This document shows, one piece after another, positions 1 through 7,870 of a DNA stretch of 28,155 nt. Source of the DNA: a virus. Lineage: Duplodnaviria > Caudoviricetes. Each line of letters opens with the position of its first letter. The first letter of the stretch is position 1. The notes beneath the pieces are model-generated. The model was not told the DNA's origin, did no database searches, and was given only the letters and a program-made list of their open reading frames with translations. The stretch covers positions 1 through 28,155 of the IMG/VR virus record IMGVR_UViG_3300042923_001013. The stretch is one strand, 5' to 3'. The position numbers were made by a program, and so were the translations under genes.

Positions 1-130
1 GTCGCGCCGAGCCATGCCGAGTCCAGCCGGGTTACGTGCGTTAATCGAAAGCGTGTTCTATGGTGGCGGCATATGCCCTGCACAACGGCGCGTAACGGGG
101 AGGTCGCGCGCCGCCAAGTTCGAGCCAGTG

Positions 131-173
131 CTTCTACTTTTACTTGCGAAAAGTAGAAGACGACGGGCACTCT
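131..173 (+). promoter_or_regulatory. Repressor promoter with overlapping operator palindrome
   Basis: Perfect 11-bp inverted repeat CTTCTACTTTT-N7-AAAAGTAGAAG (131-159) overlaps TTGCGA(144-149)-N18-CACTCT(168-173). The GTG start lies 7 nt further on with no SD, suggesting a leaderless mRNA. Confidence 0.65.
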
Positions 174-180
174 TGCCTGC

Positions 181-552
181 GTGGAGACTCCCGAGCCCGA
201 CGCCCCCACCGGCGAGACCTTCGCGCAGGCACTCGCTGCGCTCAAGGACGACTACCGCATCAGCGAGAACAAGATCGCTGAGCGCATCGGCGTCCACGTC
301 TCCACCGTGAACAACTGGGCCCACGGCAAGGCCAACCCGCGGCCGGCCGCCATCCGCTCTCTGGCGCAGGCCTTCCCCCGCTTCACCGAGGCGCGCCTAT
401 TCGCAGCTGTCGGAAAGAGGGCGCCCGCCCCGCTTCCGCCTGACCGTCGTGACGCTGTGCTCCAGGTCTTCGACCGCCTCACCGAGGAGCAGCAGAACAT
501 GCTCCTTATCCAGGCCAGCGCAGTGGCCGACAGCAACGACCAGTCAGGCTGA
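181..552 (+). CDS. XRE-family HTH phage immunity repressor
   Basis: HTH_XRE pattern ISENKIAERIGVHVSTVNNWAHGKANP; located upstream of the integrase. Confidence 0.85.
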   Translation: METPEPDAPTGETFAQALAALKDDYRISENKIAERIGVHVSTVNNWAHGKANPRPAAIRSLAQAFPRFTEARLFAAVGKRAPAPLPPDRRDAVLQVFDRLTEEQQNMLLIQASAVADSNDQSG

Positions 553-753
553 CGCCGCATCAACAAGAGGCGTACAACCCTCCCGTCTCCCTAGCGGTCT
601 CAGCTACTTGGGCTTGGTCACGCTCCGTCAGGCTCCGTTGCAAAATCCATACCGGACGGTCGCAGATTCCACTTTCAACGGGTACCGTCGAGCGCACGGC
701 CGATGCTCCCCCATTGGTCCACCTCAGCCACACGTGCAACCCGGGGGAGCCCT

Positions 754-1005
754 ATGTGCATCCGCGTCCAGTACGTACCTCGCCACCTGCTCGAGGACCC
801 GTACGACGCCTCACACCAGGTCGTCACTCTGCCTGACACCCTGCGAGAGCAGTACGCCCTGCGAGCCCTCCGGACCGTACTTGGCGAACTCGGCATCCCC
901 CAGGCGCGCTTCGGTGCACGCTGCTGGTGCGGAGAGCAGATAGGCCTGCTCCCGCTCATCCCTCAGCAGCGAAGGAGTAACGAGGTGAGCAACCTTGGCG
1001 CGTAG
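754..1005 (+). CDS. Small hypothetical protein with CWCG motif
   Basis: ATG 754 follows GGGGGAG; 83 aa; the 3' end overlaps the integrase start. Confidence 0.65.
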   Translation: MCIRVQYVPRHLLEDPYDASHQVVTLPDTLREQYALRALRTVLGELGIPQARFGARCWCGEQIGLLPLIPQQRRSNEVSNLGA

Positions 1006-2302
1006 GGCTACCAACAACCCACGACAGCTCAAGTCCAAGTCATGCGGGTGCGAGCTGTGCATGGACGCCTTCCCGCCGGAACAGCACGGTGAGCGCCGGC
1101 GCCGCCGTGACTGCATCGGATCCTGGCAGGCCCGCTACCGGGACGCTGACGGGCAGCAGAAGGCCAAGAACTACCCGAAGAAGAAGGACGCTGACGCCTT
1201 CCTGGACAGGACCCGGGAGGCGGTCCGCTCCGGTACCTACCTTGACCCCAAGCGCGGCGAGGTCACCCTCTCCGCATGGTGGGCGGAATGGTGGCCGGGC
1301 CACGAGCCCGAGCGGCCGACCACCCGCAACCGCAAGCTGTCCTCCTGGACTTGCCACATCGAGCCCAAGTGGGGGAAGCGCAAGCTGGTCTCCATCCGTC
1401 ACACCGAGGTCCAGGCCTGGATGCGCACGGAGGTGAAGGGCCACGCCACGCAGATCAAGGTCCGCGAGCTGTTCCGCGCGCTGATGCGGGACGCGGTGGT
1501 GGACGAACGGATCCCGAAGAACCCGTTGGACGCCGTCACCATCACCGCCGCGGCCCCGACGAAGCACCCCGACGAACTGCGGCCCCCCACGGAGGAGCAG
1601 TACGCCGCGATCCGCGAGGCCATCCCCCTCTGGTACCAGCCTCTCGTCGACTTCGCGCACGAGACCGGGATGCGCTGGGGCGAGATCGTCGGCCTGCGCG
1701 CCTGCTACCTCGACCTCGAGGAGTGCGCCGCCGAGGTGCGGCACATCCTGGTGGACGACCGCGGGACCATCGTCCGCCAGCGGATGCCGAAGACCCTGGC
1801 CGGCTACCGCACCGTGCCTCTCACGGCCGCCGGGGTGGAGGCAGCGAAGCTGGCTCTGGAGCGGCTGCCCGCCTCGAGCACAGTGACTGACGTCCAAGCC
1901 GGCCTGTGCCCCGAGGAACTGGTGTTCCGTGGGCCGATGGCGGGCGAGGCCCGGCTCATGAAGGGCGAGCGGACCACGCTTGACGGCGTGCTGCGCGGCA
2001 ACAACTTCCGCCGGCGGATCTGGATTCCCGCGATCAAGGAAGTGGGATTGGCACGGCTCATCAAGGACCCGGACACGGGGCGCGAGGAGTACTGGCCTCG
2101 CTTCCACGACTACCGGCACGCATTGGCGAGCCGCCTGCACGCCCGCGGGGTGAGCGAGAAAGACGTCCAGCTCGTGCTTGGACAGGAGCGGGGCGGCCGG
2201 GTCACCTGGCTATACACGCACGGCACCGAGGGTGCGGCCGACCGGGTGCGCCAGGCGCTCGAGGGCGGCGGCGACGCTCGCCACCTGCGAGCCGTCTCGT
2301 GA
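995..2302 (+). CDS. int: Tyrosine recombinase/integrase
   Basis: Arm-binding WQARYRD motif, SAM-like core, catalytic motifs GMRWGE, PKT, HDYRH, LYTH; TTG start after GAGGTG; attP immediately downstream. Confidence 0.95.
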   Translation: MARRATNNPRQLKSKSCGCELCMDAFPPEQHGERRRRRDCIGSWQARYRDADGQQKAKNYPKKKDADAFLDRTREAVRSGTYLDPKRGEVTLSAWWAEWWPGHEPERPTTRNRKLSSWTCHIEPKWGKRKLVSIRHTEVQAWMRTEVKGHATQIKVRELFRALMRDAVVDERIPKNPLDAVTITAAAPTKHPDELRPPTEEQYAAIREAIPLWYQPLVDFAHETGMRWGEIVGLRACYLDLEECAAEVRHILVDDRGTIVRQRMPKTLAGYRTVPLTAAGVEAAKLALERLPASSTVTDVQAGLCPEELVFRGPMAGEARLMKGERTTLDGVLRGNNFRRRIWIPAIKEVGLARLIKDPDTGREEYWPRFHDYRHALASRLHARGVSEKDVQLVLGQERGGRVTWLYTHGTEGAADRVRQALEGGGDARHLRAVS

Positions 2303-2461
2303 CCGCAGACAGGGCGGGAGTCCACAACGATTCCACAAAACCCCCTCGGAGCCACTCGGCACGACTCGGCGTGACCGGGGTTCTCGGTGACGCGAGCCGT
2401 TGACCTGCGCTCGGAGCCACTCGGCGAGGCTCGGCGAAAGCCGGATCTAGGTGCATGTGAT

Positions 2462-2503
2462 TTTGCATGGCAGATGTCAGGGGTTCGACTCCCCTAGGCT
2501 CCA
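2462..2503 (+). other. attP core = 3' half of tRNA-Ala(UGC), not a complete tRNA
   Basis: TTTGCAT anticodon loop, GGCAG stem strand, T-arm AGGGG-TTCGACT-CCCCT, acceptor strand AGGCTCC-A. No D-arm or 5' half upstream. Confidence 0.9.
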
Positions 2504-2517
2504 CAGCAGGTCAACCG

Positions 2518-2541
2518 CCCTCCGAGGTCATCCTCGGAGGG
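2518..2541 (+). terminator. Hairpin after att core (would terminate the reconstituted tRNA after integration)
   Basis: Perfect 10-bp stem CCCTCCGAGG-TCAT-CCTCGGAGGG. Confidence 0.65.
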
Positions 2542-2651
2542 CGCTTCCATGATCAGAGTCCGCATAGAGTCCACATCCCCAGGCGCAGCCCGCCTTTGGA
2601 CTCACCCGTCCGGGGGACTGGACTACCTGCACAGGGAACGTAGAGTGTCGC

Positions 2652-2782
2652 GGACGAGGAGGGCAGGTTGTGTCTCCCCACGCACGCCTGAGACGCGCTC
2701 CTCGTGATCCTGTGCGGAGTTGACGGGGAAGGTCAGCCCCACAGGCGAGGGCCCCCACCGGTTATGTCGGTGGGGGCCTTCT
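2652..2782 (+). ncRNA. Candidate structured small RNA
   Basis: Promoter-like TGGACT(2619)-N16-TAGAGT(2641), two stem-loops (2654-2705, 2709-2745), then a terminator-like hairpin (2748-2780); no credible ORF. Confidence 0.4.
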
Positions 2783-2797
2783 GGCGTACAAGGTAGA

Positions 2798-2827
2798 CCG
2801 CCCCGGAGGCAGACGCCTCCGGGGCGG
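2798..2827. terminator. Strong hairpin
   Basis: 13-bp perfect stem CCGCCCCGGAGGC-AGAC-GCCTCCGGGGCGG. Confidence 0.55.
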
Positions 2828-3022
2828 GACGCCTTGACCGAGTCTTAGCGTCTAACGGCCGGAACGGTGGAGACGCGTACACCGTCCGGCCGCTTCGGGT
2901 ACCGCACAGCGGCCCGACGGCGTGGGCGCTGAGGCGGTGGTAAGCGGATTCCCCCGCCCGAGATCATTAAATTTGCCTGGCCATGCAAAGACAAGGGGTC
3001 ATGATCACGCAAGCGTGAGCAC

Positions 3023-3253
3023 GTGCTCGATCCCATGCCCGACTGGGTTTTATCCCGCCGCCGGCAGATCGGGGAGCGCATCCGTAGCGCGCGCCGCACG
3101 GCGGGTCTGTCTCAGCTGGAGCTGGCCATCCGCGTCGGCCGCGACCATCGCACCGTCCACCGGTGGGAGTACGCGACCGCCGACCCGTCACTGTCCGACC
3201 TGCTGCTGCTTGCAGCCGCGCTCGGCGTACCGCTGCCCGAGCTGGTGAAGTGA
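3023..3253 (+). CDS. Small XRE-family HTH regulator containing a TTA codon
   Basis: IGERIRSARRTAGLSQLELAIRVGRDHRTVHRWE; alternative start ATG 3035; in-frame TTA at 3050-3052. Confidence 0.85.
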   Translation: MLDPMPDWVLSRRRQIGERIRSARRTAGLSQLELAIRVGRDHRTVHRWEYATADPSLSDLLLLAAALGVPLPELVK

Positions 3254-3289
3254 GCGGCCGCCCCCGACGGGGGTGGCGGGGACGGCCGC
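3254..3289. terminator. Hairpin between convergent genes
   Basis: GCGGCCG.CCCCG ... CGGGG.CGGCCGC directly after the stop codon. Confidence 0.55.
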
Positions 3290-3335
3290 CGTCTGGCCCG
3301 CTACCGGCGCCGTCGGAACTTCCGGTAGCGGGGGC

Positions 3336-3548
3336 TCATTCAGACCACTCCACGCCCTTGACGGACGTGGGCTTGGCCCGGCCGGTGTAGTAGTCGACGT
3401 GCTCGGAGTCGGTGTGCGGCTGCCGAGTGCAACGGCCGAGGCCCTTGGGGTGCTCCAGCCAGCAGTAGCCGGCCGCGCGGCCACCGGACTGCTGAGCACG
3501 CAGCGCGCGCGCCAGCAGGCTCATGTCCTTGTCGGTGGTCCGGGTCAT
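3336..3548 (-). CDS. Small hypothetical protein, putative C2H2-type Zn binder
   Basis: ATG overlaps the upstream stop (ATGA); C-x10-C-x4-H-x4-H motif; 70 aa. Confidence 0.65.
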   Translation of the reverse strand: MTRTTDKDMSLLARALRAQQSGGRAAGYCWLEHPKGLGRCTRQPHTDSEHVDYYTGRAKPTSVKGVEWSE

Positions 3549-3886
3549 CGCCACTCCTGCCGGACGAGGCGGAACAGGGCGCGGTGGACGTCGCAGGCGG
3601 CGGCGTCGTCGGCGCACTGCGTGCAGGTCGCGGCGTGCACGAACAGGGCATCATGTGCCCGGCTGGCCGCGCAGGTCCGGCAGGACCGGGGGAACCACCG
3701 CTCGTCTCCGTCGCGCTGCTCGTCCATGCTCAGGGACGACTCGCCCGTCAGCGGGGCTCGGCACCAGACACAGCACGCGCCGCGCTGCTGAGCGTCGGGC
3801 AGATCCTCGCGCTGCGGCAGAGCCAGCACAGCGAGTACTTCCTGGGGGATCGCGTCTACGGACGTATGGGCGGTACCGTGCGCCAT
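3545..3886 (-). CDS. Cys/His-rich hypothetical protein (putative Zn fingers)
   Basis: CVWC...CRTC...HAATCTQC...CDVH; SD GGAG upstream. Confidence 0.75.
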   Translation of the reverse strand: MAHGTAHTSVDAIPQEVLAVLALPQREDLPDAQQRGACCVWCRAPLTGESSLSMDEQRDGDERWFPRSCRTCAASRAHDALFVHAATCTQCADDAAACDVHRALFRLVRQEWR

Positions 3887-3952
3887 GTCGACTCCAGTCA
3901 GTCGGCCACGCCCCGGGCCGTGTCAGCGGCCGCGGGGGCTTTCCATGTGGTG

Positions 3953-4025
3953 ACCGTACGCCGCTTGTCAGGTGTTGTCATGTGACGTCAGCCGACGAGA
4001 GGCATCGACGTAGCACACCTACGGT
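3953..4025. promoter_or_regulatory. Divergent promoter region with phased GTCA repeats
   Basis: TACGGT -10 boxes on the - strand (3953-3958) and + strand (4020-4025, 6 nt before the GntR ATG); TTGTCA/TTGTCA/ACGTCA at 3965, 3975 and 3985. Confidence 0.55.
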
Positions 4026-4031
4026 CGATAT

Positions 4032-4274
4032 ATGACCGTGGACCTCGACGGACCCGAGCCGCTGTACGAACAGATCGCCACGATCCTCGCTGCCCGCATC
4101 ACCGACGGCACGTACCTGCCGCGCCGCCGGATCCCCTCGGAGGCGGACATCGTCGCTGAGTTCTCGGTGTCGAGGCCGACCGCACGGGCGGCCGTGCAGC
4201 TGCTCATCGAGCGCGGCCTGGTCCACACAGTGCGCGGCAAGGGCTCGTTCGTGGTGGACTCCCCCCGGACATGA
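4032..4274 (+). CDS. Stand-alone GntR-family winged-HTH regulator
   Basis: PLYEQIA...IPSEADIVAEFSVSRPTARAAVQLLIERGLVHTVRGKGSFV; no effector domain. Confidence 0.92.
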   Translation: MTVDLDGPEPLYEQIATILAARITDGTYLPRRRIPSEADIVAEFSVSRPTARAAVQLLIERGLVHTVRGKGSFVVDSPRT

Positions 4275-4280
4275 CGAAGC

Positions 4281-4310
4281 GGCCCCGCCCTCCCGAAGGA
4301 GAACGGGGCC
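4281..4310. terminator. Hairpin between GntR and the end of the late operon
   Basis: GGCCCCG...CGGGGCC with inner CTCC-CGAA-GGAG, between convergent stops. Confidence 0.6.
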
Positions 4311-4314
4311 AACA

Positions 4315-4989
4315 TCACGGGTACTGACGGCGCGTGGGGTCGAGGCCGGCGGAGAGAAGACCGCCCCCGCCCCCGTTGCCGGGCTGTGGATCGGGTGCTC
4401 CGTCGCGGCGGCACACGAGGGCGTCCGGATCGTCGGCTGGGGGCTGGAGGCTGTAGCCGTCGGGGCAGGCAGGGCCGGGTGCCCCGGGTTCGCCGCGAGG
4501 CCCCTGCTCCCCGCGTTCTCCCTGTGGGCCTGGCGGCCCGGTCACGGTGTCGCCCGGCGGTCCCTGCGGTCCCACAGGTCCTGGCACGGTGGAGTCGTCG
4601 CCGTCCCGGCCGGGCGCTCCGGACGCGCCGGGTGACGGGGTGATGGTGGGCGCCGGCCGTCCAGGTTCTCCCTGCGGACCGCGGGGACCCGGGATCGGCA
4701 CCGGCACCTCGGCGCGGGCAGGCAGGTCATCGACCGCGTCGGACGGATCCGGCGCGACCGGCGTCTCACCCTCACTCCTCACCTGCGTCCTCAGCTCACG
4801 TACGTCTGTGGCCAGCGTCGTCACGGCCTGGCCGCGCCGGTCCGCCTCGGCCGCGAGCTGGTCGGCGCGGCTGGTCTCGGCGTCGATACGCCCCCAGACG
4901 ATGACGACCGCGCCGGACAGGGCGACCAGCCAGCACAGCAGCGCCAGCGGGCGCCAGCGGCGGGCCAGCGCCCGCTCTGTCCGGGTCAC
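4315..4989 (-). CDS. Membrane-anchored collagen-like protein (lysis cassette)
   Basis: N-terminal TM helix, coiled coil, Gly-X-Y repeats, C-terminal Cys pair; start overlaps the upstream stop. Confidence 0.8.
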   Translation of the reverse strand: MTRTERALARRWRPLALLCWLVALSGAVVIVWGRIDAETSRADQLAAEADRRGQAVTTLATDVRELRTQVRSEGETPVAPDPSDAVDDLPARAEVPVPIPGPRGPQGEPGRPAPTITPSPGASGAPGRDGDDSTVPGPVGPQGPPGDTVTGPPGPQGERGEQGPRGEPGAPGPACPDGYSLQPPADDPDALVCRRDGAPDPQPGNGGGGGLLSAGLDPTRRQYP

Positions 4990-5249
4990 GATGGTCCTCC
5001 GGGTGGGATGAGTGCGCGGAGCCGGGCAATCTCCGCCTGGTCTGCGGCCCGCAGCGCCGACTGTTCGGCAAGCTTGGCGTTCAGCTCGGTGCGCTCGGCC
5101 TTGAGGGCGTCACGCTCCTCCTGCAGATCGTTGGTGAGCGAGCTGTAGCCGGTCAGGGCGTTTTCGCCGCGCTTCCCGAGGTACGCCACCACGCCGCCGA
5201 CGACCGCTCCTACGCCCACGAGCAGGCTGCCGAGGGTGGTGGCGTCCAA
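4986..5249 (-). CDS. Single-TM coiled-coil protein (lysis accessory/holin-associated)
   Basis: TTG start after AGGAG; [18 protein letters not shown] followed by a heptad coil. Confidence 0.75.
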   Translation of the reverse strand: MDATTLGSLLVGVGAVVGGVVAYLGKRGENALTGYSSLTNDLQEERDALKAERTELNAKLAEQSALRAADQAEIARLRALIPPGGPS

Positions 5250-5257
5250 GGTGGCTC

Positions 5258-5449
5258 CTACTGCTGGCGCGCGGTGCTGGCCGGCCGGTTGGGCACGGCC
5301 CACGTGATGCCCCAGGCGGCGAGTACGGCGAGCGCGATGGTGACGCCCTCACCGGTGGTCAGGACGCTGTCCTGCGCGGCCGTGGCGAGGGCTGCCGAGC
5401 CTGCGGCGATGCCGGACACGGCAGCCTTGGCGACGCTGCTGATCTTCAT
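5258..5449 (-). CDS. Putative holin
   Basis: 63 aa, two hydrophobic segments ending in WAVPN; directly downstream of the endolysin. Confidence 0.75.
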   Translation of the reverse strand: MKISSVAKAAVSGIAAGSAALATAAQDSVLTTGEGVTIALAVLAAWGITWAVPNRPASTARQQ

Positions 5450-5490
5450 GACGATCCGTTCTTCGAGTTGGGATGGGCATGCGGTGCCGG

Positions 5491-6414
5491 TCAGGAAAAG
5501 AGCCGACGCCAGGTCTCGGGGCCGGGGTATCCGTCAGCGCCCGCGCCGGTCCACGTCTGGGCGCGTTGGAAGGCGGCGACAGCGCGACGGTCGGACTCGG
5601 TCCAGCGGGGGCCGGGGCCGACGGAGTAGTACTTGCCGTAGCCGCGCTTCACCAGCTGCTTGCCCAGCTGGGTGACGTAGTTGTTGGACTGCCCCAGCGC
5701 GAAGTGCTTTCGGCCGGGGAAGGCGGGGATGGCCGCCGCGGGCGGGTTCGTTGGCTTGGGCAGGTTGAGCGCGGCCCGTGCCAGAGCGAGCAGCTCGGGG
5801 AAGTCGATGGCGCCCGGGTCGCCGTGGTCGTTCTCCGGAACGTGCATGTGCCCGCACACGCCCTTGAACGCGGGCCACGTGGTGGCGGACATGCGCTGGC
5901 CCGCGCCGTTGGCGTACGACGACGGGTAGGCCGGCCACCTCGAGGGCCCGGACAGCGGGACACCGTGCTCCTCGTGCAGCCAGGCCAGGAAGTCAGCCAG
6001 ATCTCTCTTCGCCCAGTCGGGAGCCTCAGGCCAGTAGATGTGCTGGTAGCCAGCCTTGACCCACTTGGCATGGGTGGCGGGGTCGCAGGTACCGACCAGC
6101 TCCGCCTGGACCACGTTGAGCGTGTTCGTCTCGACGCCGCCGTACCGGTTGGCCAGGGCCCGCGCCGAGGAGTCGATGCGGAAATGCTGGTACCAGCGCA
6201 GCCTGCGGCTGGCGAAGTCGGGGATGGCGGTCAAGTTGGGGGCGCTCGCGCCCTTCCTGCCCTGGCTGTCGACGTAGTTCGGGACCGTCCGGCCCTCGGT
6301 CGTGTGCAGGCACGCGACGTTGACCTCCATCGCGGTGGCGTCGAAGTCGTCCTCGTACCAGTACGAGACGTGGTCGGCGCCGGGGTAGTACTGGGGGCCG
6401 GTTCTGGTCGTCAT
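5491..6414 (-). CDS. Endolysin: N-acetylmuramoyl-L-alanine amidase-like domain plus C-terminal peptidoglycan-binding domain
   Basis: HTTEG...E...GHMHVPENDHGDPG Zn-amidase motifs; C-terminal AVAAFQRAQ...ADGYPGPETW; start by TGATG overlap. Confidence 0.9.
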   Translation of the reverse strand: MTTRTGPQYYPGADHVSYWYEDDFDATAMEVNVACLHTTEGRTVPNYVDSQGRKGASAPNLTAIPDFASRRLRWYQHFRIDSSARALANRYGGVETNTLNVVQAELVGTCDPATHAKWVKAGYQHIYWPEAPDWAKRDLADFLAWLHEEHGVPLSGPSRWPAYPSSYANGAGQRMSATTWPAFKGVCGHMHVPENDHGDPGAIDFPELLALARAALNLPKPTNPPAAAIPAFPGRKHFALGQSNNYVTQLGKQLVKRGYGKYYSVGPGPRWTESDRRAVAAFQRAQTWTGAGADGYPGPETWRRLFS

Positions 6415-6653
6415 CACACACGCTCCGGCCAGGTCCACACCGCAGGCGTGCCCTCGATGCCGTCGAGGTTCTCGCGGAGCACGACGGACGTGCGCCAGGT
6501 GATGGACTCGCTGTCGTGCAGGACGCGAACGTTGACCGTGGTCTCGGACCACACGCGCGTGATGACGGCCGGGGCGACGGTGGCGCCGTTGTTGGTGGCC
6601 GGGTCCATGGGGACGTGGACGATCCGCCCAACGGACGGAAGTTGCTGCGACAC
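6414..6653 (-). CDS. Small phage hypothetical protein
   Basis: PSVGRIVH...PAVITRVW...VNVRV...WTWPERV; SD GGAGG; coupled to the endolysin. Confidence 0.75.
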   Translation of the reverse strand: MSQQLPSVGRIVHVPMDPATNNGATVAPAVITRVWSETTVNVRVLHDSESITWRTSVVLRENLDGIEGTPAVWTWPERV

Positions 6654-6673
6654 GGGACCTCCAGAGGCATGAG

Positions 6674-6699
6674 AAAACCCCGGCCATTTCGGCTCGGGG
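6674..6699 (-). terminator. Intrinsic terminator before the lysis cassette
   Basis: CCCCG/CGGGG stem followed by TTTT on the - strand. Confidence 0.5.
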
Positions 6700-6718
6700 C
6701 GTCAGAGGGAACGAGGGT

Positions 6719-7807
6719 TCAGCGGCAGGCGTAGGAGACAGGCGGGACCCAGACACGTCCGTCCCCTGGCGCACCCGTCGTGGGCGAGTAGGAGAGCGGG
6801 GACAGCAGGGTCCCGGCACCGGTCTCGTTGCGCTGGCCGATCCACAGGTCCGTGCCCTGATACGGGACACCGTCCACCACGCTCACCGTGCGAGCCTGGC
6901 CGCCGCAGCCGAGGCTGACGTCCCGGCGTCCGCCGGGCGGCGCGGACCAACCCAGGTTTGCGGGCGCGGTCCACGGCCCGGTCAGGGACGGGGCGGTGGC
7001 GTAGCCGGTCGGGGTGCCGCTGCAGTAGCCGCACTTCTCGGAGTACGTCATCACCCACGTGCCGGTCGCCTGGTCCTGCCACGCCCCGACGCCCTCAACC
7101 TCGGTGAGCCCCGCCAGCGCAGCCGACCCTTGGCCTGTGCTGTTGGCCCAGTTCCAGTCCAGGCGGTCGACGGCGAGGGTGCCGCCGTAGCTACAGATGA
7201 TCGCCGCGCCGACCCCGTCGGGGACGAGGGCGAAATCGCCGTTCTCGCCGTTGCACTGGGTGAGGCGCGGCTTGTAGGTGGAGCCGTGGGGCGCGCCCGC
7301 CCCCGTGCCGCACGGGCCGGCCGGGCCGTTGCAGCCCATCAGCCAGTACGCGTGCGTGGTCGTGCTGGTACGGGCGTCGGGCATGTTGAAGTACAGGATC
7401 CATACGCCGTCGTGGCGTTGGACGAGACGTGGGTTGAAGCAGCCGTGGCCGTTCGTCAGCGCGCACTCGGCGGCGAAGGTCCGACCGGTGTAGGGGTTGA
7501 CCTCGCTCACCGGGAACAGCGTCTGCGGGGTGGACCAGGGTCCGGCGAGGGAGGGTGCGGTGGAGACTCCGAATCCGCACCAGGGCGAGGGCTGGTACCA
7601 CTGGAATCCGCAGCTGTAGCGGGACCCGACGAGGTAGTACGTGCTGCCGTCCTCGTAGACCATGCCGTCGTGCAGGTCGAGCCCGTCGATGGCGACCGGC
7701 TGGGGCCCGGTGGCGGGCTCGCCGTCGGAGACTGCTGGGGTGCCCGCGCCGAGCAGCGCGGCGGCGGTGAGAACTAGAGCGGCCAGGAGGACGTAGGCAC
7801 GGCGCAC
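6719..7807 (-). CDS. Secreted beta-propeller protein, GH43/GH-F-like glycoside hydrolase
   Basis: Sec-type signal (MRR + hydrophobic core + AxS), LHDG...YYLVG, GDFALVPDG, EVEG, repeated LxGPW blades; strong SD AAAGGAGG. Confidence 0.65.
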   Translation of the reverse strand: MRRAYVLLAALVLTAAALLGAGTPAVSDGEPATGPQPVAIDGLDLHDGMVYEDGSTYYLVGSRYSCGFQWYQPSPWCGFGVSTAPSLAGPWSTPQTLFPVSEVNPYTGRTFAAECALTNGHGCFNPRLVQRHDGVWILYFNMPDARTSTTTHAYWLMGCNGPAGPCGTGAGAPHGSTYKPRLTQCNGENGDFALVPDGVGAAIICSYGGTLAVDRLDWNWANSTGQGSAALAGLTEVEGVGAWQDQATGTWVMTYSEKCGYCSGTPTGYATAPSLTGPWTAPANLGWSAPPGGRRDVSLGCGGQARTVSVVDGVPYQGTDLWIGQRNETGAGTLLSPLSYSPTTGAPGDGRVWVPPVSYACR

Positions 7808-7870
7808 GCTGGCCTCCTTTCAGGTAGGCGAGCGTTGCGGGTTGCGACGCGAATGGCCGGCGTCGGCGGC

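Larger units (their letters stand above)
2318..2603. other. attP: attP region with arm-type and accessory-factor repeats
   Basis: GA(G/T)TCC(A/G)CA pairs at 2318/2329 and 2556/2567, each 11 bp apart; 16-bp direct repeat CTCGGAGCCACTCGGC at 2345 and 2410; inverted GTTGACCTGC(2399)/GCAGGTCAAC(2506) flanking the core. Confidence 0.8.

Noticed and set aside
1-72. Divergent cro-like gene start
   Set aside because: Only a few codons (ATG at 15 on the - strand) are inside the window, so it cannot be supported.
2430-2503. Complete tRNA-Ala gene
   Set aside because: Upstream bases cannot form the acceptor 5' strand, D-arm or anticodon 5' stem; only the att core half is present.
181-2503. Integration-dependent immunity (attP inside the repressor gene)
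   Set aside because: attP lies downstream of int, outside the repressor ORF.
4470-4700. DNA-level repeats in the collagen-like gene
   Set aside because: Explained by Gly-X-Y coding in a single frame.
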